Source: a virus (Duplodnaviria > Heunggongvirae > Uroviricota > Caudoviricetes). From it: DNA of 64,000 nucleotides. The notes below the pieces were generated by a model, which made no database searches, was not told where the DNA came from, and worked only from the letters and a program-made list of their open reading frames with translations. Positions 1 through 8,324 of this stretch are shown one piece after another. The stretch is from the IMG/VR virus record IMGVR_UViG_3300042892_003817; one strand, written 5' to 3'. A program made the position numbers and the translations under genes. How positions within the stretch are numbered: the stretch's first letter is position 1; every line of letters begins with the position of its first letter.

Positions 1-85
1 ATTGCTATATCTAGCAAGGCTGCTATAAGCACACCTACCACTAAATACGGTACCGAAAAAATTGTGTTTAAAATAGATACTAACA
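1..85 (-). CDS. partial CDS, N-terminal end only; the rest of the gene lies beyond the window start. Hydrophobic N-terminus MLVSILNTIFSVPYLVVG
   Basis: ATG at 83-85 on the minus strand lies about 15 nt downstream of promoter module 96-149, and the frame stays open to position 1. Confidence 0.3.
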
Positions 86-95
86 TAACCTTTAT

Positions 96-149
96 TTTTA
101 ATTGATTTCTATACCTAAATATAAGAAGAAAGATTGGTTATAGCAACTA
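96..149 (-). promoter_or_regulatory. early promoter module; in gene orientation AGTTGCT, about 20 nt spacer, TATATTTAGGTAT, about 15 nt, ATG
   Basis: tatacctaaatataag...tagcaact motif matches the Bacteroidetes -33 TTG / -7 TAnnTTTG layout and is repeated about 30 times in the window. Confidence 0.6.
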
Positions 150-560
150 TTTCTTAAAGAAAAGTTCATAAAACTTAAAAATAATTGCACATTTCTCGTA
201 CATCTCTAATTCTTTGTAGAATTCAAGCATTTCTTCTAAAGCATATTTAATGGCCTGGGGACCAAATTCATCCTTTAGCTCTTCTACTGTATCTGCCTTT
301 ATATCCTTAACCCTCTCAAGGTAATTTACAAGGCCGTTAAAGTACTTTAGCTTTATATTTTCTCTTACGGAGCCATACCTTTCCTGATATCTATTGGCAT
401 ACATTTTGTCTATAATGAAGTAATTCTCCACACCTCTGACAACCATGCCAAAAAGTATGAAGGTATTATCCATCATATCCTCTATCTTGTGTTCTTTGTA
501 AATCTCTTCATCTCCTATGGAAAATATATTGAAAAGATCATCGCTATTTAGCTTTTTCAT
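147..560 (-). CDS. hypothetical protein (137 aa)
   Basis: ORF collinear with neighbouring genes in an AT-rich phage context. Confidence 0.5.
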   Translation of the reverse strand: MKKLNSDDLFNIFSIGDEEIYKEHKIEDMMDNTFILFGMVVRGVENYFIIDKMYANRYQERYGSVRENIKLKYFNGLVNYLERVKDIKADTVEELKDEFGPQAIKYALEEMLEFYKELEMYEKCAIIFKFYELFFKK

Positions 561-996
561 CTTATATAAATATATACTTAACCTATAACGAAAAATTTTC
601 CGGAAAAAAAACTGGGGGTAGTTGGAAAATTACCTAAAAGGTTCTATATTAAATATAAGAAACAAATCTGATAAGATACAACATAAGAGGTAGGTTAGGG
701 GTATAGGTGGTAACCGTGCTAGGGTTTAGCAGCTATATAGATCAAACTTGAGAGAGAGGACACCTTGGGCAGTAATTCTTCTTCGGAAGGACTAGGATTG
801 GATTGGTTGGGTCCATAACAACATCTCTCTTAAAGCTATGTAGTATATATAAATATATACCCCCATACCTCAATTTTCATCAGAAATATACAACTCTATG
901 TGGCTCCGGATACCCGAGTAGCTACCCGTTGAGGGAACTTAACTATCAAACTTCTCTCAACTTGACCTCACCGTGACATCACCTTGACCACCGGTC

Positions 997-1023
997 AAAA
1001 AAAAAGTTAGTCCGAAGACTAAC
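997..1023 (-). terminator. rho-independent terminator: GTTAGTC-UUCG-GACUAAC hairpin followed by U9 on the minus-strand transcript
   Basis: Perfect 7-bp stem with a UUCG tetraloop and a T9 run; it overlaps the stop codon of ORF 1019..1267. Confidence 0.65.
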
Positions 1024-1267
1024 CCTTAAAAACTTCTAGGTCCTCAAACCTAATCTTCCTATCTACTCTCTTACCTAGCATGTAAGAATAGGTTTCAAAT
1101 CTTACTCTACCTATCCTCTCTACATTCATATGATAGTCCTCCATTACTACTGTACTCCTATCAGATGTTCTAAAGACCTTTGTAATAGATCTTTGATCCC
1201 TATCCAGCTTAAAGTAATTGCCTTTAATCTCGAACTCCACTCCTGCAATAAAATCTTCTCTTGTCAT
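1019..1267 (-). CDS. hypothetical protein (82 aa)
   Basis: ORF preceded by promoter module 1279-1328. Confidence 0.5.
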   Translation of the reverse strand: MTREDFIAGVEFEIKGNYFKLDRDQRSITKVFRTSDRSTVVMEDYHMNVERIGRVRFETYSYMLGKRVDRKIRFEDLEVFKG

Positions 1268-1278
1268 AATGTATCTTG

Positions 1279-1328
1279 TTTTAATTATTGATACCTAAAT
1301 ATAAGAACTCTTATTGAGGATAGCAACT
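1279..1328 (-). promoter_or_regulatory. early promoter module
   Basis: ttaattattgatacctaaatataagaac...agcaact. Confidence 0.55.
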
Positions 1329-1510
1329 CTTTAACTAACTTTCTTCCTCTAAATCTTCTAGCCACATTCCGAAGTCTTGCTCAAATTGCCCATAAGGATG
1401 ATTGATTACCTCAGTAAGATACTTATTAAAATACTCTGCAGCTTCTAATTCATTCCATCCACACTCCCTACAAGTGTTTAATATGCTTTGTGGTATTGTG
1501 ACTTCTATCG

Positions 1511-1744
1511 TCATACTATGATTACTTTTAATGATTTAATATCTACTGAGACTAATTTATTTTCTACTGTTCTTAAGACTGCTTCATCGTTCTGATCAAA
1601 CATCTCTACTAGAACTCCTACCGTTCTTCTTCCAAAGAACTTATCAACTCCTTCATAGACCATCCCTACCATAGGGGCAGTAGACTTAGGAAGCTTACTA
1701 GGAGCTCTTAACTTCCACTTACCCTTTATACATTGCTCACTCAT
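1511..1744 (-). CDS. hypothetical protein (77 aa)
   Basis: ORF whose ATG directly abuts the stop of the upstream ORF (TAGATG), suggesting translational coupling. Confidence 0.45.
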   Translation of the reverse strand: MSEQCIKGKWKLRAPSKLPKSTAPMVGMVYEGVDKFFGRRTVGVLVEMFDQNDEAVLRTVENKLVSVDIKSLKVIIV

Positions 1745-1954
1745 CTAAACTGCCTCACTATCTAATACAGCTTGAACATTCTCTAATGCTATCTTATAAC
1801 CAAAGTTCATAGCCATCTGCATTAATAATATATCCATTGACCCTTGATTAGCTTTTGCAAATGATTCTAGATCTTCTCTCGATTTTGGAGTTGCAACTAT
1901 TCCTCTCTCTAATCCTTTAAACGATGTTTCTAAAAATTGTTTTAAATCTTCCAT
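1745..1954 (-). CDS. hypothetical protein (69 aa)
   Basis: ORF preceded by promoter module 1966-2017. Confidence 0.45.
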   Translation of the reverse strand: MEDLKQFLETSFKGLERGIVATPKSREDLESFAKANQGSMDILLMQMAMNFGYKIALENVQAVLDSEAV

Positions 1955-1965
1955 GATGTTATAGT

Positions 1966-2017
1966 TTTAATTATTAATGATACCTAAAGATAAGAAGAAG
2001 CCTCCGAAGAGGCAACT
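1966..2017 (-). promoter_or_regulatory. early promoter module with a GCCUC-UUCG-GAGGC hairpin embedded in the spacer (2000-2013)
   Basis: atacctaaagataagaag + gcctccgaagaggc + aact. The hairpin probably also terminates upstream gene 2019..2375. Confidence 0.55.
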
Positions 2018-2018
2018 T

Positions 2019-2375
2019 TTATTCATCATCTCTTTCTTCATCAACTCTCTCTAATTCAACTAAATCATCTGCTTCACCAAAGTCCATAAAGTTATTCTCT
2101 AAAGCTTCTCTTAAGTTTTCCAATTGAAGAGGAACATTAGTTACTTCAATTCTATTATTATAACTTATTTCAAACTCTACTGAATCAAAGTCAACAATAT
2201 CCGATTCATTATTATCAGCCCAGCTAATAACTTTATCAATTGCTCTTTCAATATCATCTACTGAAATTACTCTTCCTCCTCCTTCAACTGAATTGATAAG
2301 CTTAATAACATCTTCTCTACTGAAGATTGAAGATGCTGAATTTTCCACTAACTGTAATACGAATTCTTTTTTCAT
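2019..2375 (-). CDS. hypothetical, highly acidic protein (118 aa, D/E-rich C-terminus)
   Basis: ORF with strongly biased acidic composition. Confidence 0.5.
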   Translation of the reverse strand: MKKEFVLQLVENSASSIFSREDVIKLINSVEGGGRVISVDDIERAIDKVISWADNNESDIVDFDSVEFEISYNNRIEVTNVPLQLENLREALENNFMDFGEADDLVELERVDEERDDE

Positions 2376-2385
2376 AATGATTTGT

Positions 2386-2449
2386 TTTTAATTATTGATT
2401 AATTAATTTTGATACCTAAATATATGAACTAACTTTGTAACTAGCAACT
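2386..2449 (-). promoter_or_regulatory. early promoter module
   Basis: gatacctaaatatatgaactaactttgtaactagcaact. Confidence 0.55.
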
Positions 2450-2454
2450 TTATT

Positions 2455-2643
2455 TTAAAAAGATCTTTCCCAATCTCTCTCTTTGACATCATCAATAATG
2501 TCCGAAAGTGTTTGACATAATTCTTCTTCAAAGTCAACATCATCAAGAGATGTTCCTGCTTCTTTGTACTCTGCAATTAGTTCATCAATCTCTTCAATGA
2601 ATCTTGCTTTAATCAACTTTAATTCTTTAAATGCTTTTGCCAT
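2455..2643 (-). CDS. hypothetical protein (62 aa)
   Basis: ORF with promoter module 2655-2703. Confidence 0.45.
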   Translation of the reverse strand: MAKAFKELKLIKARFIEEIDELIAEYKEAGTSLDDVDFEEELCQTLSDIIDDVKERDWERSF

Positions 2644-2707
2644 GATTTTATTTGTTTTAATTATTGATACCTAAATATATGAACTAACTTTGTAACTAGC
2701 AACTATT

Positions 2708-2932
2708 TTATGCAAAAGGATCAACATATTTTTTAACCTCATGCTTCATTACTCTATATAGATTTCCATCCACTCCTTGAACAATCATAGAGACTTTGTT
2801 TATATTTCCAACTGTTCCATAAACTATTCTACGACTTGGAGAATAATTATCATCGTTATTGCTCATAGAGAATTGAACTCTCTCTCCTTGTACAAATGTA
2901 ACTTCTTTTTGATCTTTGATTAATGTAGCCAT
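2708..2932 (-). CDS. hypothetical protein (74 aa)
   Basis: ORF with promoter module 2944-2993. Confidence 0.45.
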   Translation of the reverse strand: MATLIKDQKEVTFVQGERVQFSMSNNDDNYSPSRRIVYGTVGNINKVSMIVQGVDGNLYRVMKHEVKKYVDPFA

Positions 2933-2993
2933 GATTTTATATGTTTTAATTATTGATATCTAAATATATGAAATAACTTTGTAACTAGCAACT

Positions 2994-3404
2994 TTAATCA
3001 TGACTTTTTTCCAACTCTATTAGCTCTTCCCAAAGGTCTTCTACATACCCTCTATCAGCTGAAAACATTAATTGTCTAGTCATTTGATCTTCTAGTCCAA
3101 CCTTCTCTATTATATGTTGCATTGTTTCTCCATCTATCTCCATATGTCTTAACATAGAGATTACTTCTTCTACCATTCCTGGATGTAATTGCATTAACAT
3201 TGTTTCTTCTTGTATGAAGTAAGATTTGAAATAACCTTTCTCACACCAACTAATAACTACCTCTCTTTTATCTTCAGTAGTTAATGTTATGGAATTTGTA
3301 TCATAGACCTCTATAACATCTGCGAAGTCCAATTCAAATTCTCTTTGTGTGCTATTAGAAGCCTGTACGATGTAGTAGTTTACATCTCTAAATAATTTAG
3401 TCAT
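2994..3404 (-). CDS. hypothetical protein (136 aa)
   Basis: ORF. Confidence 0.5.
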   Translation of the reverse strand: MTKLFRDVNYYIVQASNSTQREFELDFADVIEVYDTNSITLTTEDKREVVISWCEKGYFKSYFIQEETMLMQLHPGMVEEVISMLRHMEIDGETMQHIIEKVGLEDQMTRQLMFSADRGYVEDLWEELIELEKSHD

Positions 3405-3430
3405 AGTCTTATTTTTTAAATTAATATTAA

Positions 3431-3613
3431 TTACTCTTGAACATTACATAAATCCTGAGAAAGAATATAGTCATATAAACAATCCATCTTTCTTACAAAA
3501 CTTAAATCAGTCAAATAAGATCGAGATAAAAAACTCTCTAATACATGATCATCTATTCCTCCTAGATCAACATAACCATAATTCAAATCAAAGTACTCTC
3601 TAACTTCTTTCAT
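3431..3613 (-). CDS. hypothetical protein (60 aa)
   Basis: ORF with promoter module 3624-3672. Confidence 0.4.
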   Translation of the reverse strand: MKEVREYFDLNYGYVDLGGIDDHVLESFLSRSYLTDLSFVRKMDCLYDYILSQDLCNVQE

Positions 3614-3740
3614 AATATATCTTTTTAATTATTGATACCTAAATATACGAAATAGATTAGTAACTAGCAACTATTTCACAAACTATTTTAACCCAAAAAG
3701 GCCCCTAATAGGAGCCCTTTCTTCGATCAATAATTAAAAA

Positions 3741-4529
3741 CTATTCAGCTAAAGTGTGCTGAACAATATCTTTACGTAGTCCATGAACTTGATCAATTAT
3801 AGAACTAACGTTTACTTTTTCTTCTTGAGAGGCATTTCCTCCATGAGCCCATTTAAAGACTGCAGTACCTGTCTTTCCTGATTTAGAAATATCAGTTAAT
3901 CTGATGCTTACTACATTCGGAGAGTAGTTCCATTTCAATTGAATATTTCTTCCTTTCTCAAAATCAACTCCCTGCCCTTTCAAATCCATTTCAATCTTTT
4001 CTTTCTCTAAGAAAGTAATCAAATTATCAACTCCACTAATCTCTCTTCCTAAATCTTGCATTTCTTTAAACACTGCATTATATTGCTCCTTGAAAGGAAA
4101 TACAGCTTCATTTGCAGCTTCAACTATTTCATCATGCTTTTCATGAATAATTCCTGCAATCGTTCCTAACATTTGTAATCTCTTCAACTCCCAAGCATCA
4201 ACTCCTTTTGTTGAAGTTGTATAGTAAGATAAATCAATCCCTGTATAAGATCTTTTATCTTTACCTTCTTCAAAATTCCAATTCTCTCTTAAATAAAGGC
4301 TGAATAATTCCTTCTTGTAAGTAAATTCTGGATGAGCCATTTTAAAATAAACAGACCCTCTAGTTACTTCGACTTCTACATCATATGGAAATACTCCATA
4401 AAATCCTACTAAGGCATCTGATAAAGCTTTTTGCTCTCTTACATAGATGTCTCCTCTTTTACTTTCTAATGCTTCTTTCTTAACTGTAAGGATTGCTTTT
4501 TGATCCTCTAATAAATTTAATCTTGTCAT
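3741..4529 (-). CDS. hypothetical protein (262 aa)
   Basis: ORF with promoter module 4541-4590. Confidence 0.55.
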   Translation of the reverse strand: MTRLNLLEDQKAILTVKKEALESKRGDIYVREQKALSDALVGFYGVFPYDVEVEVTRGSVYFKMAHPEFTYKKELFSLYLRENWNFEEGKDKRSYTGIDLSYYTTSTKGVDAWELKRLQMLGTIAGIIHEKHDEIVEAANEAVFPFKEQYNAVFKEMQDLGREISGVDNLITFLEKEKIEMDLKGQGVDFEKGRNIQLKWNYSPNVVSIRLTDISKSGKTGTAVFKWAHGGNASQEEKVNVSSIIDQVHGLRKDIVQHTLAE

Positions 4530-4628
4530 AATGTTATATGTTTTAATTATTGATACCTAAATATACGAACATTAATTTAAACTGGCAACTATTTTAACAA
4601 CTTTTTTTAATTTATTTTTAAGCCCTTT

Positions 4629-4925
4629 TTACAGGGCTTTTAACAATTCTCTTTCAGCATCATTTGAAACTGATTTACTCATTGCTCCGATATTCCACGT
4701 TACAATTTCATCTGATGATAATGGACGATAATATTTCCAATCGTAAATCGCAAATACTTCCCCTTCATCAGTTTCCATATCCCATTCAAAATTCACTTTG
4801 TCATCTCCTGTATTATCGACAATCGTCGGATCTCCGAAAGCTTTTGTTAATTGATCAACTGAAGCTCGAATTGTAATTCCGTGAAATGACGTCCCGTCAG
4901 TGCTTTGATAAGTTTTTTTTGCCAT
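4629..4925 (-). CDS. hypothetical protein (98 aa)
   Basis: ORF with promoter module 4935-4987. Confidence 0.5.
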   Translation of the reverse strand: MAKKTYQSTDGTSFHGITIRASVDQLTKAFGDPTIVDNTGDDKVNFEWDMETDEGEVFAIYDWKYYRPLSSDEIVTWNIGAMSKSVSNDAERELLKAL

Positions 4926-4992
4926 GATTTTATATGTTTTAATTATTGATATCTAAATATATGAACTTTAATTCAATTGAGCAACTTTTTTA

Positions 4993-5265
4993 TTAATTAT
5001 TTTTCATTACTGCTTTTAAAAATTCATCAAGCAAATCTTCATCTGCTCCGAAATATCCCAATTCTTGAAGATTATCATCTTCTAAATCTTTAATAACATC
5101 TCCGAATGATTCGTAAGCGTCAATTTGAAATACTAATTCTCCGAGATTCGAATAATGAGCTCTATATGACAGAGCATCAAAATCTAAATCTTCTTTTCTA
5201 ATATCGTACAAATCATTCGCTTGAGAAATTAAAATCGCTTTTGCTTTTTCTAATAATGTTTTCAT
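4993..5265 (-). CDS. hypothetical acidic protein (90 aa)
   Basis: ORF preceded by promoter module 5275-5326 containing a GCCCC-UUCG-GGGGC hairpin (5309-5322). Confidence 0.5.
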   Translation of the reverse strand: MKTLLEKAKAILISQANDLYDIRKEDLDFDALSYRAHYSNLGELVFQIDAYESFGDVIKDLEDDNLQELGYFGADEDLLDEFLKAVMKNN

Positions 5266-5332
5266 GTTTTTATCTGTTTTAATTATTGATATCTAAAGAT
5301 AAGAAATAGCCCCCGAAGGGGCAACTATTTTA

Positions 5333-5641
5333 CTAGTTATTTTTTAAAAAGTTTTCTTTAACTGAAGTTGGAACATAATAACGATATAGATTTCTACTAT
5401 CGTTTTTCTTTTTCCATAGAAATCTTTTATACAGACCTTTTTGAAGTCCACGTCTTAATAAGTCCGCGTATTTTTTATTTGTTTCAATTTGTCTATAACC
5501 ATATCGAAAATAGTCAAAAACATTTTCTTGAATTTCAGTTTCAGTTTGAAAAGGATTTTCGATTAAATACTGAACAATTTGTTTAACTGAATTTCTTGGT
5601 TGGTCAAAACCTTTTCCCATTAACATAGTTGAATAACCCAT
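5333..5641 (-). CDS. hypothetical basic protein (102 aa)
   Basis: ORF with promoter module 5652-5702. Confidence 0.5.
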   Translation of the reverse strand: MGYSTMLMGKGFDQPRNSVKQIVQYLIENPFQTETEIQENVFDYFRYGYRQIETNKKYADLLRRGLQKGLYKRFLWKKKNDSRNLYRYYVPTSVKENFLKNN

Positions 5642-5852
5642 AGTTTATATTGTTTTAATTATTGATACCTAAATATAAGAACTAAAATTTAAACGAGCAA
5701 CTTTTTATACAACTTTTTTTAATTAATTTAAAGATAAATTTGCTTGGGCCATTCTAACAATTAATTCCTGAGGATTAAAGGACATAAAAGAAACTCCTTT
5801 TAATTCTACTTCATAGTAGATAATTCCTGGTAGTACTATTTTTTTCATATCT

Positions 5853-6227
5853 CTATTCGTTTAATAAGAAAGCTTTATCTGCCCAAGTCTTAGCATTTAC
5901 AGCTTTATATTGATTGTGATCCATTAGATTTGTATTATAGAACAATTGATTGATTGTTCCTACCTCTACCTTCTCAGCTAACTTCTCATCTAATAAGATT
6001 ACCTTTGTACCTTTCTTAGCAAATACTGTTGTCCAATAGTTAGTCCCTTTACCTTTGAACTGGATAGTCTGAAGAGCTCCTTTCTTCCATCTATTAAGAG
6101 AAGGTATATCAGAACCTATCTCTGTAGCTATCATAAAGCCTGCTGGTACTTTTGTAATGGCCTGGAAGATACCCTCTCTATCTCCTATCCAATTTACTAC
6201 CGTTAAATCTTTGATGTTGTTTATCAT
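5853..6227 (-). CDS. hypothetical protein (124 aa)
   Basis: ORF with promoter module 6237-6288. Confidence 0.5.
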   Translation of the reverse strand: MINNIKDLTVVNWIGDREGIFQAITKVPAGFMIATEIGSDIPSLNRWKKGALQTIQFKGKGTNYWTTVFAKKGTKVILLDEKLAEKVEVGTINQLFYNTNLMDHNQYKAVNAKTWADKAFLLNE

Positions 6228-6336
6228 TTTTTCTATGTTTTAATTATTGATACCTAAATATACGGACTTTATACATACGGTCCAACTCTTATACGTTATT
6301 TATACTCATTATAAATTAAAAAAAAGTTACTAAAAT

Positions 6337-6375
6337 AGTTGCTAGTAACAAAGATCGTTCGTATCTTTAGGTATG
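6337..6375 (+). promoter_or_regulatory. promoter module in PLUS orientation (AGTTGCTAGTAACAAAGATCGTTCGTATCTTTAGGTATG), the only plus-strand copy in the window
   Basis: Exact reverse-complement arrangement of the module used by minus-strand genes. No plus-strand ORF follows it. Confidence 0.5.
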
Positions 6376-6385
6376 TTAGAAGGGA

Positions 6386-6520
6386 ATACGGGGCCTGGCT
6401 TTGAAAGAGAGTCGGAAGAGTAGACGGGCCGGTACGCCATGTTCGTTACTTAAAGCAAAGCTTTAACTTAAACTGTTACTTTAACTTAAAGTGATGCTTT
6501 AACTGAATATTTTACTTAAA
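6386..6520 (+). ncRNA. candidate non-coding or antisense transcript driven by the plus-orientation promoter
   Basis: Segment downstream of the plus promoter is locally GC-rich (gggaatacggggcctggc...gacgggccggtacgcc), has no ORF, and is followed by ttaaagc/ctttaact repeats. Confidence 0.25.
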
Positions 6521-6527
6521 GGAAAGC

Positions 6528-6680
6528 TTTAGATAAAAGGAAAGGGCCCTTGTGAGGCCCCTGCTTGGAAGAGGAGTGCTTCTCCTTCCTGGTGTAGGTC
6601 TTCTTAGACTTCTGAATGGTATGCCGTGAGGCTGCCCATCGCTCTTGCATTGTAATCTGAATCTGTTTCATAGGTATAGG
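6528..6680 (-). CDS. small basic protein (about 50 aa, MKQIQITMQERWAASRHTIQKSKKTYTRKEKH...)
   Basis: ATG at 6678-6680 immediately downstream of ORF 6682..6892. Below the 60-aa cutoff of the ORF track. Confidence 0.3.
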
Positions 6681-6681
6681 T

Positions 6682-6892
6682 TTAATAAAAATACATATTG
6701 TGAACCGTCTGAATAGGAAGCTTAAATTTCTTACCCACTGAGATATTACTCCATTGGTTCCTATTATACATAGTAGGAGTTACTTCAAGTAAGCACCAAA
6801 GAGAAGTTACCGTAAGCAATTTAGCCCTCAGTGTAGGAGAATTATTACATGAACAATCCTTTCCTATTACCTTATTTAATTCCTTTACCATA
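6682..6892 (-). CDS. hypothetical protein (70 aa). The track ORF 6682..7101 is trimmed here to the first ATG downstream of promoter module 6905-6947
   Basis: The upstream part of the track ORF translates the iteron array and promoter module and is implausible as coding sequence. Confidence 0.4.
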
Positions 6893-6904
6893 TGATTATT
6901 TGTT

Positions 6905-6947
6905 TTTATATACCTAAAGATAAGAACCATAGGCCATATAAGCAACT
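6905..6947 (-). promoter_or_regulatory. early promoter module
   Basis: tatacctaaagataagaaccataggccatataagcaact. Confidence 0.5.
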
Positions 6948-7006
6948 CTTTTATAGGCTTTTTACCCCCGAAGGGGATAAGTACCTGGTTTCTACCGGGG
7001 AAAGAA

Positions 7007-7140
7007 ACGGGTTCCAAACAGGTAAAGAGAACGGGTCTCAATTGGGTCACTAGACGGGTAACAAAACGGGTAGCTAGAACGGGTTTGTAACGGGTAACCA
7101 ATCGGGTTACTAGAGAGTGAAACGGGGCTATAGAACGGGT
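7007..7140. repeat. iteron array 1: about 11 copies of (G/A)AACGGGT-like heptamers at roughly 11-12 bp centre-to-centre spacing
   Basis: acgggt at 7007, 7031, 7055, 7066, 7079, 7090, 7135 plus degenerate copies (acaggt, ttgggt, tcgggt, acgggg). Confidence 0.6.
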
Positions 7141-7410
7141 ATCTACTATAGGTTTTCCTTATTATAGAAAAAAACTATTAAGGAGACACACCCGCCACAT
7201 TTTTCCTATCCTTATTTTACCTAGCCTTATCCTCTTTCTTACACATCGTATATACTGTACAGTACCTTTTCTTACCTAGTACTCTATGTCTTTATACTCT
7301 TTGTATGGTTTTTCTACCCTTTATGTTTAATCAAAGTCCTTCACCTTTTACTATGTATCTCAGTAGTTCTCTCTATGTCTCTCCTTATATCTCCCGTACG
7401 TGATACGTAT
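7141..7410. other. 270-bp non-coding polypyrimidine (C/T-rich on the plus strand) AT-rich tract between the two iteron arrays; candidate DNA-unwinding or origin region
   Basis: Strong strand-compositional asymmetry and no ORF, flanked by iterons. Confidence 0.4.
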
Positions 7411-7416
7411 GTATAA

Positions 7417-7468
7417 ACGGGTATCGAACGGGTAGAGAAACGGGTATGGAATGGGTCTATGAATGGGT
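7417..7468. repeat. iteron array 2: five (A)ACGGGT/ATGGGT copies at 11-bp spacing
   Basis: acgggt at 7417, 7428, 7440 and atgggt at 7452, 7463. Confidence 0.55.
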
Positions 7469-7648
7469 CTCTCGCCATCTTTCCAATAGCATTTCTCCTA
7501 TCTTCATCCTGTCTTCTAGGCCCTTTAATTCCTTTATTACCTTAGGTGTCTGTTCTCTTTCCTTTAATTGTTCTCTCCTCTTTACTACCTTTCGTATTAT
7601 ATGATTTGAATTAGGATCCTTTAACTTATTTATTCCCCATACTTCCAT
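7457..7648 (-). CDS. hypothetical protein (63 aa)
   Basis: ORF. Confidence 0.35.
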   Translation of the reverse strand: MEVWGINKLKDPNSNHIIRKVVKRREQLKEREQTPKVIKELKGLEDRMKIGEMLLERWRETHS

Positions 7649-7649
7649 A

Positions 7650-7901
7650 CTATAGAATAATTGCCTTTACTATATGATAATCACTATTAGTACTGCCGTA
7701 CATATCATCTACTCTTTCATGTGTACCGTAATACCATTCTGTATTTACATCTAAGGCTACATGTATGATTGCTGGAGTATTATTATCTATACCATTTCCT
7801 ATTACCATATCATTTACTCCTCCTTCATATCCTTTTGTCATTACCTTTATGTCTTGGTCTTCTATCTTACTTAGACTTTCAATTAGTTCTTTTACGGTCA
7901 T
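7650..7901 (-). CDS. hypothetical protein (83 aa)
   Basis: ORF. Confidence 0.4.
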   Translation of the reverse strand: MTVKELIESLSKIEDQDIKVMTKGYEGGVNDMVIGNGIDNNTPAIIHVALDVNTEWYYGTHERVDDMYGSTNSDYHIVKAIIL

Positions 7902-8113
7902 ATCTTTTTAATTTGTATTTGCCAAACTTCTTTTACCTTTATATGTCCATGTTCATCTACCTTACCTATATGTTTTAATAAGGCCATATGACTATTCTTT
8001 TTTACTAGAGTGAATGTCTTTGGATCATAATAGTCTCTAAGGGTAATAATATAACCTATCCTTCTACATATTCTCCAATAAAGATTTCCTATTAGCTTTT
8101 TCATATTATTCAT
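7898..8113 (-). CDS. hypothetical protein (71 aa)
   Basis: ORF with a 4-bp overlap to its neighbour. Confidence 0.4.
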   Translation of the reverse strand: MNNMKKLIGNLYWRICRRIGYIITLRDYYDPKTFTLVKKNSHMALLKHIGKVDEHGHIKVKEVWQIQIKKI

Positions 8114-8324
8114 CCGCTGCTAAAAATATTGATACTATAAGAGCCATTACCATATACAACCTAACATAGGCCCATTCAATATTTGGTTCAAGAATACTCC
8201 ATGTCATAAAACATCCTATTGCATATAATACTATACAAAGTGCTAATGGCAAGGCTATAAAGAACCCTAAATAAATTTCTAAAAACTTTTTCATATCTCT
8301 TCCAATGTCATTATTGATATACAA
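8106..8324 (-). CDS. hypothetical membrane protein (72 aa, 2 TM)
   Basis: ORF with hydrophobic segments. Confidence 0.4.
   Translation of the reverse strand: MYINNDIGRDMKKFLEIYLGFFIALPLALCIVLYAIGCFMTWSILEPNIEWAYVRLYMVMALIVSIFLAADE

Noticed and set aside
4664-4876. Plus-strand ORFs from the six-frame track. Examples: 4664..4876, 5368..5586, 7769..7978, 14904..15092, 15410..15604, 15957..16151, 16232..16480, 16542..16736, 19420..19647, 20599..20844, 20934..21125, 21025..21312, 22197..22394, 23490..23705, 24142..24546, 26443..26676, 28202..28498, 28563..28793, 31768..32157, 32822..33013, 35829..36065, 36976..37197, 38218..38484, 38888..39073, 39421..39603, 41765..42028, 42267..42464, 43139..43450, 45336..45560, 45666..45869, 45925..46173, 48579..48863, 49265..49462, 49653..49853, 50470..50685, 51134..51370, 52030..52218, 56135..56428, 61722..61913.
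   Set aside because: All lie antisense inside well-supported minus-strand genes, have low-complexity L/S/F-rich translations typical of AT-rich antisense frames, and lack promoter modules. Treated as spurious.
6682-7101. Track ORF 6682..7101 (139 aa) spanning the iteron array
   Set aside because: Its N-terminal two-thirds translate the AACGGGT repeats (VTRLVTQLRPV...) and run through promoter module 6905-6947. Trimmed to the ATG at 6890-6892.
7007-7468. Possible CRISPR array suggested by the regularly spaced repeats
   Set aside because: Repeat units are only 7-8 bp with 3-5 bp spacers and 11-bp periodicity. That is incompatible with CRISPR (28-37 bp repeats, unique spacers). Interpreted as iterons.
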